The notes under the pieces were generated by a model. It had not been told where the DNA came from. It made no database searches and saw only the letters and a list, made by a program, of their open reading frames with translations. Shown here piece by piece: positions 10,174 to 18,733 of a stretch of 32,000 nt of DNA. Numbering within the stretch: position 1 is the stretch's first letter; each line of letters starts with the position of its first letter. The position numbers were made by a program, and so were the translations under genes. The DNA comes from Candidatus Saccharimonadota bacterium (GTDB taxonomy: Bacteria > Patescibacteriota > Saccharimonadia > Saccharimonadales > UBA4665), in contig CP064992.1 of NCBI GenBank assembly GCA_016699935.1, positions 1,194,309 to 1,226,308 of the forward strand. The letters run 5' to 3'.

Positions 10174-10855
10174 ATGGCTCACACTCACAAACACGAGCAT
10201 AAAATCTGGACGATAAGCGAGGAGCAGGAAAAAGCCATCGCGAAGTCCACCCGTGATCTCCGCACGGCCGATGAAGAGTTTGAGGCGGCCTTTAAGATCC
10301 TGAAGAAATATCCTAAACGGGTCACCTTTTTTGGTTCCGCGCGGCTCAGTCCTCGTACAGACTTTTATCACATGGCGCACGACATCGCCGCACGACTCGC
10401 CGATGATGGTTTTGCCATCATCTCGGGTGGCGGAAACGGCATTATGGAGGCCAGCAACAGGGGTGCCTTCGATGAGCAGGATGTTTCTGTGGGCTTTAAC
10501 ATCCGGCTCCCGCACGAACAACACCTCAACCCATACACTACCGACCACCTGACATTTAACTTCTTTTTACCCGTAAGGTCATGATGACGTTTTATGCGCA
10601 TGGCTTTGTCTGTTTTCCTGGCGGATTCGGCACCCTCGACGAGACGTTTGAAATCATCACACTCATACAAACTGGCAAAATGCCAAGAGTCCCCGTTATA
10701 CTTGTAGGCAAAAATATTGGAAAGACCTCGACCGTTTTATTCGTAAGCAGTTGCTGCATAAGGGGCTCATTTCGGCTGGTGATGAAAAACTTTATACCAT
10801 CACCGACGACTACGACACCATATGCAAAATAATCAACAAAGAGTACAACAAATAG
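10174..10855 (+). CDS. LOG / TIGR00730-family Rossmann-fold nucleotide-binding protein, with at least 2 frameshifts
   Basis: VTFFGSARLSP, IISGGGNGIMEASNRGA and FPGGFGTLDETFE (the PGGxGTxxE motif). The tail LYTITDDYDTICKIINKEYNK ends at the TAG at 10853-10855. Confidence 0.8.
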
Positions 10856-10857
10856 CT

Positions 10858-12087
10858 CTAAGAAAACTCAATCTCGGGAGCGAGCTTCCTGCCCAGTGTA
10901 CTGCCAAGCATTTGTTGTAGGTTATCTTGCTGGACGTATCGGGCGAAAAGTTCCCGCTTGAGTGCCTCGCGCATATGTCGCAGCACACGTTCCCCATAAG
11001 CCAGGCCGTTGCAGACGCCAAGAGCAACATCCAAAATGTTCAACGAGACAGCATCACTACCATCGAGGAGCCCAAGTGCCTCTGTTTCTTGCCAAAATGT
11101 CAGCACAGGGTGAAGTGACTCCAGAGCAGAACCAACATCGTGCAAGAAAAGGTCGTCTGGTTGAACGTGCGGTTCAAACACCTCAGGATTGTAAGCCATG
11201 TGGCCCTGGCCATACAGCCAGTGGACAACGCGCCAGGAAAGCGTACTTCCCCAGCTCAACCTCCGTCATAGGTTCTTGCATTATGGCCGCCTGGAACAGT
11301 TCACCGTAGTGAGGTTGAACCTGCTGAAGCTTCAAGTACGTACTCTTCGCACGCATGTCGTTTAACGAATGAAGTGAAAGCACTAGAGAAGTTATGGCCA
11401 TCCCGGGTAAATCCTGGCTCATCGGCAGTAGTATAACCGCACCCTGCTCTGGTACGACAACGATATTGTGCTTATGCTGTGAGATATGTGCTTCCGCTAG
11501 CTTTGGCCATTGTTTTGTCGTTGGCACAACGAAGGTTGGTTTGCGTGATTCAAAATCTTTGGCTTGCAAATTTTTGTAGGCCTCAAGACGCATTTCCTGC
11601 CACTGAGTAGACTCGGTCACCTGACAGGCTGCGAGTAGCTGTGCAATAGGCTCGTGTTTGAGCATGCTGTCCATGCTGCGATATCCAAGCTGTTTCATGG
11701 TAGCCTTGGGTTTTAACTTCTTGAGCAGTTGTTTCATGACCGTCTGCTTTACGACGAACATGTCGCTACGGGTGTCAAGCTTGCCCATTTGACGAGCAAC
11801 ATTTTCCAAGATGTCTATAGGGTTGATATCTGCCCGTAGATTAAGCGCAGCTCGTACACGCACTTCGTCTTGTACCAGTCGTGTTTGCAGCGCAGCGTAC
11901 AGTTCAGGGCCGGTCGTATCTGCAGGATCAAGGCCAAGCTCACGTATTTTTGTCGCGTTGCTTCCATAATGTGCGTTGCCAGCCGAATATCGGCACTCGG
12001 TAAGCCTGCCGCCTGCTCAAGCCGCTGAACCTGCTGGCGAAACGGCACCTGATTGGCGCCCAGAAGCTGTGCTAATACCCTCGACAT
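10858..12087 (-). CDS. Hypothetical protein of about 410 aa with no family recognised, with 2 frameshifts
   Basis: Three collinear ORF pieces (11815-12087, 11183-11863, 10858-11259) have protein-like composition and overlapping ends typical of frameshift breaks. Confidence 0.55.
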
Positions 12088-12111
12088 ATGTGCTTATAGT
12101 TTACAGGAAAA

Positions 12112-12220
12112 AGAGTTAAGAGTTAAGAGTTAAGAGTTAAGAGTTAAGAGTTAAGAGTTAAGAGACAAGAGATAAGAATTATCGGACTGGTTGTTCGGCT
12201 CTGTCTTATCTCTTATCTCT
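12112..12220. repeat. Seven perfect tandem AGAGTTA heptads (12112-12160) followed by a heptad-based hairpin
   Basis: 7 x AGAGTTA, then AGAGACA AGAGATA AGA (12161-12177). That tract pairs with TCTTATCTCTTATCTCT (12204-12220) over 17 bp with 1 mismatch, leaving a 26-nt loop. Confidence 0.95.
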
Positions 12221-12225
12221 GCTCG

Positions 12226-13241
12226 CTAGAAGCTTTCGACGTGGTACCAGTCGGGGGCTTTGGCGAGCCAGGTTTCGAGCTCGCGCTCAGTGAGTAATCC
12301 AGCTTGGGCGCCAGCTTTCTGGACGACACTCATACTGTTTATGGGCGCCCACTGCAGAGCACTCTCGAGGTTATGACCTTTCGCAAGGGCGGCAACCAAC
12401 GTGGACGCATAGGCATCGCCCGCTCCGGTACGCTCGTAGGGCGGCGCGGGGTCAGGGTACAGTGGCATTTTATATCGATTCATACCATCCGACGCGTACG
12501 CTCCGGCTGGGCCATCGGTGACAACGGCAATTTTGCACCCATAGTCGTGCAGTCGATCAAGCAAATCATGAACATTATCGTAGTCGCCACCAGTGACCAG
12601 CACCGCTTCTTCGCGGTTGAGAATAACTACTTCGGTACGGGCATAAATGCGCTTGAGCCTCTCGACACCCACTTTCATCTGGAATGTACCCGGCTGGAAG
12701 GCCAGCTTAACGTCCGGATTCTCTGCAAGCCATTCGGCGACATCATCAGTATAGTCGAGGGCGTTTTCAGAGATTGAGCTGAAATACACCCAGCGGGGCA
12801 TTTCGTATTTGCGGAAGTGCGGCCACTGATAGGCATACTCTTCATGCTTGATAAGAATAGTGCGCTCTTCTTTGTACCACAGCACATAATGGATATTGCT
12901 CTGTTTTTTGCCATTCACGTGCACGAAGCGAGTATCGACCCCCTCTTTACTGAGCGTCCGGACGATTTCTCGGCCTTCTTGGTCGCCGCCGACCTCAGTT
13001 TAAAGGCCGCATTCAGCCCCAGCCGACTGAACGAAACTGCAGCATTAGCCGCATTACCAACCGCATGGAGTGTCTCTGCGTGATCAAAGGGGATTTTCAT
13101 GCCAAACGGTATGGCGAGCCATTTACCGTCTTCGTTTTTGTAGGTATGTTCCAAAGCGTCGATGAGTTTAATGAAGACATCTGTTACGACATCGCCGACA
13201 CACAGGACATCTATTTGCTCTTGTTTGCTCACGTATCCCAC
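12226..13241 (-). CDS. PfkB-family carbohydrate kinase, with one frameshift at about 12999-13004
   Basis: N-terminus IDVLCVGDVVTDVF and C-terminus ERTGAGDAYASTLVAAL (the pfkB DTxGAGD-type signature). The true start may be the GTG at 13232, after AGGTGG. Confidence 0.8.
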
Positions 13242-13303
13242 CTTTACATCACGGTTATGCTTATGCTGTTATTGTGCCATACATGCCCCGCCCCCTACAA
13301 GTG

Positions 13304-13570
13304 TTATTCGGGACGCTGGATGATATCGATAGTTTTCTGTGCCTGTTTCTGCAAATTCGCCGCCGTTTGCTGGAACGTTTCCCGTTTAGTTTCCATACCC
13401 TCAAGCATTTTTTGTGGTGCATCAGCCACTTTTTCAAGCTTTTCGGGCGCTTTTTCAACCACTTTATCGAGTGCGTCAACAGCTTCAGTAATTTTCTTTT
13501 CTATGGCGCCATCTTCTATAGCTTTCAGCGTATCATCCAAAGATTTCAGAACGTTATCGAATGACCACAT
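13304..13570 (-). CDS. Hypothetical 88-aa charged helical protein
   Basis: Intact ORF between fba and the kinase gene. The sequence is K/E/A-rich and coiled-coil-like. No family recognised. Confidence 0.45.
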   Translation of the reverse strand: MWSFDNVLKSLDDTLKAIEDGAIEKKITEAVDALDKVVEKAPEKLEKVADAPQKMLEGMETKRETFQQTAANLQKQAQKTIDIIQRPE

Positions 13571-13572
13571 AA

Positions 13573-14477
13573 CTACGAGCTCGCTTTACCTGCCGAATTA
13601 AATGTTGCCAGTTTTTCTTCCACCACGGCTTGCACCTCAGGCACGACGTGCTTGTTGACCAGTTTGGCCACCGAGTATTCATCTGGGTTGTCGGCCAGGA
13701 TTTTCTCGAGGGTTTGGCGGTAGACAACGCGCATGTCGCTGTTTATGTTCACCTTCGTCACGCCAATCCGCACCGCCGATTCAAAGAAATGGCCAGGCGC
13801 ACCACTGCCGCCGTGAAGGGATATGTTACGGGAATGGCATCGCGGATTCGCTGCAATAGTTCAAGGTCAAGTTTTTGGCACTGGGTATTTGCCGTGCAGA
13901 TTCCCGACGGCGGCCGCAAAGGTATCTATGCCTGTCGCTTCGACGAACCCCTGGCGCCTTCAGGACTACTGAACGTCTTGTGATTTCTTCGTAGTCGATG
14001 GCTTCGGTGTGGAGGTTTGAAGATCCACCAAAGTAGTGTGGCTCGCTTTCTACTAGCGCACCAGTGAATGCATACTCCACCACTTCACGAGTACAGGTGA
14101 TGATTTCCTCGTCGCTCGCGTCGTGATTCCGCCTGCGACACATCAATATGGATGAATCCAAAGCCAGCATCGATACCCTTTTTCGCTGCCTCAACCGACG
14201 GACTGTGGTCAAGGTTCACATACATTTCTACGCCGTATTCTCGCTTTGCGTTATCCACCAGGTCACGCACGTTAGCAAGACCGATGTCGTCGACTTCCTG
14301 TCCCACTAACTTCACGAGTACTGGCGCATTCATTTTGTGCAGCCAAAGCTACTGCCTTCAGCGTCGCCTGATCATCGAGATTAAACGCCCCAAACGCCCA
14401 GTGTTCATCCCTGGCTTGCGCTCATCCGCGCCCGTGCCTGCACAATTGTCCGGTACCTGCTGCAATAGTATCGACAT
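13573..14477 (-). CDS. fba: Class II fructose/tagatose-bisphosphate aldolase, with at least 3 frameshifts
   Basis: Pieces read YVNLDHSPSVEAAKKGIDAGFGFIHIDVS and GVTKVNINSDMRVVYRQTLEKIL...FNSAGKA. AAGGAG lies 6 nt upstream of the ATG at 14477. Confidence 0.8.
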
Positions 14478-14486
14478 TCTATCTCC

Positions 14487-15448
14487 TTATAGTTCTACTT
14501 TAGCTCTGTAACATGATGGCAGCGAGGCGAATGTGTTTGCATCTAAGCCAAAATGTTCAAGCAATTTGGGTACCACTTTCACCGTAGTGGTCGCGCATGC
14601 CGATCTGCTTCAACGGTACAGGATGATTTTCGCCGAGTAGCCTCGGCAATTGCACCACCGAGGCCGCTGGCAACTATGGGCTTCTTCGACCGTGACAACA
14701 CAGCCCGTTTTCGGACAGATGTAAGAATTGTTTCTTCATCAAGCGGCTTGATGGTCGCACGTTTATAACTTCGGCGTCTATGCCGTCTTTGTACAACTTT
14801 TTCAGCCGCCTCAAGCGCCTGGTGAACCATCGTGCCAGTCGCTACGATGGTTACATCGCTCGGGGTAAATACGTAGGGCTTTACCAATCTCAAATGGTGT
14901 TTTTTCTGTAGTCAGGATGGGAGTCGCCTCGCGGCATAACCGAATGTAGTTTGGCCGATTGTCTTTGCCATGGCGAGGACCATCTTTCGGTCTCCAGGGC
15001 ATCGCACGGGCTAAGCACAACCATACCTGGCATCACACGCATAAGAGCGATGTCTTCGAGCATCTGGTGCGTGGTCTGTCCGGCCCAGTGTACAGCCCAG
15101 CGTGGCTGCCGACGATCTTAACCGGTACATCATTGAGGCACGCAGTGGTTTTAATCTGTTCCCAGTTGCGCCCGGCTAAACGCCGCATAACTCGCAACAA
15201 ACGGAATCTTACCGGCAAGTGCCAAGCCGGCTCCTACTGTCACTAATTTTGTTCGGCAATCCCCACCTCTATAAACCGCTCCGAAAGGCCTTCTGAGACC
15301 CATCCATCTTGATTGACCCCGTGGTCGGCGCACAGTGCCACAACATTTTCATATAGCTCACCCGCCCTGACCAACCCGCGCCCAAACCCACTGCGCGTCG
15401 CATCGGGTTTCACTTCGTTTGAATCGGCAACAGATGTAAATCACTCAT
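14487..15448 (-). CDS. tkt: Transketolase C-terminal subunit (pyrimidine-binding and C-terminal domains), with many frameshifts
   Basis: Pieces read FIEVGIAEQN-like sequence, GKIPFVASYAAFS, VPVKIVGSHAGLYTGPDG and VTIVATGTMVHQALEAAEKL. The start is MSDLHLLP at 15448 and the TAA stop is at 14487-14489. Confidence 0.8.
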
Positions 15449-15465
15449 TTTTTCACCCCATTTGA

Positions 15466-15535
15466 AGTAGTATCTAGTATTGGTATTTGGTATCTAGCAG
15501 TAAAAGCAACACCGCTGGATACTAGATACTAGATT
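15466..15535. repeat. Intergenic hairpin with 7-nt periodicity (units ATCTAGT/ATTTGGT) between the two transketolase genes
   Basis: TAGTATCTAGTAT (15468-15480) pairs perfectly with ATACTAGATACTA (15519-15531). The loop contains GCAACACCGCTG. Confidence 0.8.
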
Positions 15536-15582
15536 CTTCATACAATAATTACCCTATTCATGTCTGCCCCTTATTTTGCCGC

Positions 15583-16411
15583 CTAGTGTGCGGGTTCATG
15601 TAGAGCTTCTTTAGCTTGCTCATGATTGGGAGGTACGCCGTGCCAGTGAAAGTCATATTCCATGAAGTCCACACCTTTGCCGGATGGTGTAGGCCAGTAT
15701 GCAAACTGGCTTTTCCGGTAATAGCTTTGGCCATGGCGCAGGCGTCGATGACAGCTTCAATGTCATTGCCGTCAATCTCTAGAACGTGCCAGCCAAATGC
15801 TTCCCATTTCTTTCAGATCTTCTAGCGGCATGACTGTTTCGGTTGGACCGTCTATTTGAATGTTATTGCGGTCGACAATCAGCGTGATGTTCGTGAGGTT
15901 GTATTTGGGTGCAAGCATAGCCGCCTCCCACACACGTTTCCTTCATCGAGCTCGCCGTCACCCATGACGACGTAGATATGCCTATGCGACTGTTTATTGA
16001 GCCGGAATGCCAGCCCATCACCTGCTGCCTGGCTTAGCCTGCAACCGAGCGGTCCGCTGGTATTCTCAAGACCTGGCAGCTTCTTTCGCTCGGGGTGACC
16101 CTGAAGTCGGCTGCCGAACTTCCGTAGCGTTAGTAGCTCGTGTTTGGGGAAAATCCGGCTTCAGCCATGGTCGCGTACTGTACGGCACGCAGTATGCTGC
16201 TGAGCAGGAATATATCGCGCTCATCCCAATTCGGTTTTTTAGGATCGATCTTCATGACATCGAAATACAGTGCCGTAAAGATATCGGCAAGCCCCAGCGG
16301 CCCAGCGCTATGCCCACTGCCAGCATGCTCAAGCATACGGATAATATCCTCGCGAATTGTATTGGCTTTTTGCTCAAGCTGTTTTAGGCTATAGGTTCCC
16401 ATTCTGCTCAT
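15583..16411 (-). CDS. tkt: Transketolase N-terminal (TPP-binding) subunit, with many frameshifts
   Basis: N-terminus LEQKANTIREDIIRMLEHAGSGHSAGPLGLADIFTALYF. The tail ...VPPNHEQAKEALHEPAH ends at the TAG at 15583-15585. Confidence 0.8.
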
Positions 16412-16422
16412 GATTATACATT

Positions 16423-16465
16423 GGTTAGGGTTAAGAGTTAAGAGTTATGAGACAAGAATATGAGA
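16423..16465. repeat. Purine-rich heptad tract (GTTAAGA family) in the divergent tkt/nadD promoter region
   Basis: GGTTAGG GTTAAGA GTTAAGA GTTATGA GACAAGA ATATGAG. Confidence 0.8.
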
Positions 16466-16476
16466 TACTATGCAGT

Positions 16477-17073
16477 ATGATACAAAAGGTTGTTGTGTTT
16501 GGGGGAAGTTTTAGCCCGCCAACACTGGCGCATACTGAGATTATTGCAAGGTGTCTCGCCGTGCCGGGAATAGACGAAGTGTGGCTCGTGCCCTCGGCAA
16601 ACCGGACCGATAAAAACATCGCTGCGAGGCCCAGGCAACAACTGGCTATGCTTGAGCTTGTGGTTCGTGATGTGTTTCATGGAGACTCTCGACTACGCAT
16701 TCTCGATACGGAACTCCGGCGCGGAATCTCAACCGAGACATATGACACCTACCAAGAGTTTCTACGTGACTATCCAGAAGCTGATTTGTGGTTTGTATTT
16801 GGCAGCGACAGCTACGCGACCATAGGCCAGTGGCTCAATGGCGACTGGCTAGCCGAACACCTACCCGTTATGATCGTGCCGCGCAATGGCGTTCCATTGC
16901 CCCGCACCTCCGCAATCGTCCAGCATCTTTCACCCCTCTCCGCTCAGGCTGCACCAATTTCGTCCACTCAGGTTCGATCAATACTTGCCCTTAAAAGTGA
17001 CGCCTCTGCCCTCGTCTCCACTCCCATCGCTACCTACCTCAAGCAAAACGAGTTATTTGCTTCTAAATCTTGA
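16477..17073 (+). CDS. nadD: Nicotinate/nicotinamide-nucleotide adenylyltransferase
   Basis: Intact ORF. MIQKVVVFGGSFSPPTLAH is the (H/T)xGH-type nucleotidyltransferase motif. The ATG at 16477 is preferred over 16447, which lies inside the repeat tract. Confidence 0.85.
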   Translation: MIQKVVVFGGSFSPPTLAHTEIIARCLAVPGIDEVWLVPSANRTDKNIAARPRQQLAMLELVVRDVFHGDSRLRILDTELRRGISTETYDTYQEFLRDYPEADLWFVFGSDSYATIGQWLNGDWLAEHLPVMIVPRNGVPLPRTSAIVQHLSPLSAQAAPISSTQVRSILALKSDASALVSTPIATYLKQNELFASKS

Positions 17074-17113
17074 GTCAAGAGACAAGATAGAGTTAAGAGA
17101 TAAGAGATAAGAG
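17072..17113. repeat. Purine-rich heptad tract (AGAGATA family) immediately after the nadD stop
   Basis: GAGTCA AGAGACA AGATAG AGTTA AGAGATA AGAGATA AGAG, in the same sense as the tract at 16423-16465. Confidence 0.8.
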
Positions 17114-17114
17114 T

Positions 17115-17129
17115 GCGGCCGTAAGCCGC
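17115..17129 (+). terminator. Candidate intrinsic terminator of nadD
   Basis: GCGGC-cgtaa-GCCGC followed by TAATATTTG. The stem is short. Confidence 0.4.
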
Positions 17130-17159
17130 TAATATTTGTCGCGTCAGCGATGTAACTAG

Positions 17160-17560
17160 TGGAGGCCATGCGCAGCTTCACGGCTGGCTTGTTGTCGGCT
17201 TTGACAACTACCGAAAGGCGGCGCAAGTTGTTTGAGCGGAGGCTTAGATTGCCAGTGGCAATCTAAGCTGGAGTGAGTTCTTGCGTCGGTTGTCAAAACG
17301 AACAACTGAGCTACCGAGAAGTGGAGCCTTTGGCCGAGTTTTTCCTTTGTCGGTACAAAAGAGAAGTCGGCTGGCAGTCCGAAAACTGCCGAGTGAGTAA
17401 GGCTAAGTGAGACTGTCAGGTGTAGTGATTGCACAGATGCTGGAGCAAGCGTATGGATTCCCGCCGGAGTTTATCCTCAACTCGGTTGGGGACGGGAATG
17501 ACAATGAGGGAAAGTCAGGATATTATTCGTTGCCAACGACGTTTTGTATCTTGTGCCAAG
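17160..17560. ncRNA. Candidate structured non-coding RNA of unknown class and strand
   Basis: About 420 bp lies between convergent genes with no convincing ORF. It holds at least 7 local hairpins, including a perfect 12-bp stem (17242-17253 with 17257-17268). The others are 17191-17208, 17373-17390, 17464-17485, 17289-17306, 17345-17361 and 17173-17186. Confidence 0.3.
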
Positions 17561-17571
17561 CCGCGACAGGG

Positions 17572-18158
17572 TCAGCCGCGCAAGTAGCCGCCGCAGTTTA
17601 TAACATCTACGCCACCTTCCATCAATTGTCGAGCATTGGTATCATTTGCTCCACCGTCCCATCCGATTTCAAGCTGTGGCTTGAGCTGGCGTAGCTGAGT
17701 AGCTTTAGCTAAGACGTCTAAATTGACCCCTTCTGGACCAGTATTGTGACCAAGTGTGCCGGCAAAAATCAGCACATGATCAATTACTTCCAATGCCCCA
17801 ATAATTGCCTCAACTGGCGTTTCTCGCAAAATTGAGACACCCGCTTCTATTCCGTGCCGGTGCATTTCCCTGGCGAAAGCCATAAAGTCGCCGTCGGCTT
17901 CAGCATGAACAATCACTAGCTGAGGTCCGAGCGCCTTTATCGCGGCCACATGCAGAAAAGGCTCCTGAAACATGACATGCAATCCGCCCGCATACCTCCC
18001 GGCCACCAGACATCCTCTACCGCCGTTAATTGCCGCGTAAATACACCGTCGCCGAGGTCTATATGAACCCGCGTCGCGTATGTCGCAATTTCTTCCATGT
18101 GCGCCCGGTAGACATCTGGATCATCGGTAGTCACTGTCGGACATATGCTCACACTCAT
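17572..18158 (-). CDS. Ribulose-phosphate 3-epimerase-family (ribulose-phosphate-binding barrel) protein, with one frameshift near 17940-18000
   Basis: RVHIDLGDGVF, IDHVLIFAGTLGH, EIGWDGG and GGVDVINCGGYL follow the Rpe pattern (H.D.mDG.F; D.vL.M.v.PG; i.vDGG; aGa...v.Gs). Confidence 0.6.
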
Positions 18159-18216
18159 CTCACGACTCCATTTTTACTTCATTTGCCATATATATCTCTG
18201 TCATTTTCACCTGGGT

Positions 18217-18707
18217 TTATACCTCATCTAGTTTACGGATACGGCGTGCATGGCGGTCTGCACCACTGAAGGGTGTTTCCAGCCAGACTTTTAGGGCAGT
18301 TTTCATTTCCTCGAGCGTCAAAAAGCGGCCTGACAAACTCAGAACATTCGCATCGTTATGCTGGCGGGAAAGCTTGACGATTTCGTACGGATCATCGCTC
18401 ATGGTACCATCGGCGTCTACTGCCGTTTTTGCCGTGACCGGGCCATAGAACAGCGCTGCCCGAACCCCAGTATCCGGTTCGCTGCCATCGCCTCGCCCTG
18501 ACCACTGCCACCCATGATGACACCGCGCTCGCACTCACCACTCGCGACTGCGCGAGCGGCTGGAAACATAAACTCAGGATAATCGTCTTCGGCATCAAAC
18601 TCGTTCGGACCATAATCGACACACTCGTGACCAAGGCTCTCCAGGAAAGCTTTCAGCTCCTTGAGGGCTTCAAACCCGGCGTGGTCTGTGGTGATTGCTA
18701 GCTTCAT
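18217..18707 (-). CDS. rpiB: RpiB/LacA/LacB-family sugar-phosphate isomerase, paralog 1, with one frameshift
   Basis: MKLAITTDHAGFEALKELKAFLESLGHECVDYG...GVIMGGSGQGEAMAANR...ETPFSGADRHARRIRKLDE. GAGG lies 5 nt upstream of the ATG at 18707. Confidence 0.8.
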
Positions 18708-18733
18708 ATTTCCTCTTTCTCCACTTGTTTTGT

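Noticed and set aside
16447-16476. The ORF-track start of nadD at 16447 (MRQEYEILCS...)
   Set aside because: These codons lie inside the heptad repeat tract. The ATG at 16477 gives the canonical MIQKVVVFGGSFSPP N-terminus and sits 5 nt after a TACTAT box.
17505-17518. RNase P RNA, from the plus-strand CR-I-like motif GAGGGAAAGTCAGG, or tmRNA, from GGAGGCC...TTCACGG at 17161-17183
   Set aside because: A plus-strand RNase P starting here would have to run about 300 nt into the well-supported rpe-like CDS (17572-18158, minus strand). No ACAGAA-CCGGCUUA-type CR-V or P1/P4 partner was found on either strand. For tmRNA there is no matching 3' acceptor strand, T-arm or CCA, and no plausible ...AA-stop tag. 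The region is kept only as an unclassified ncRNA candidate.
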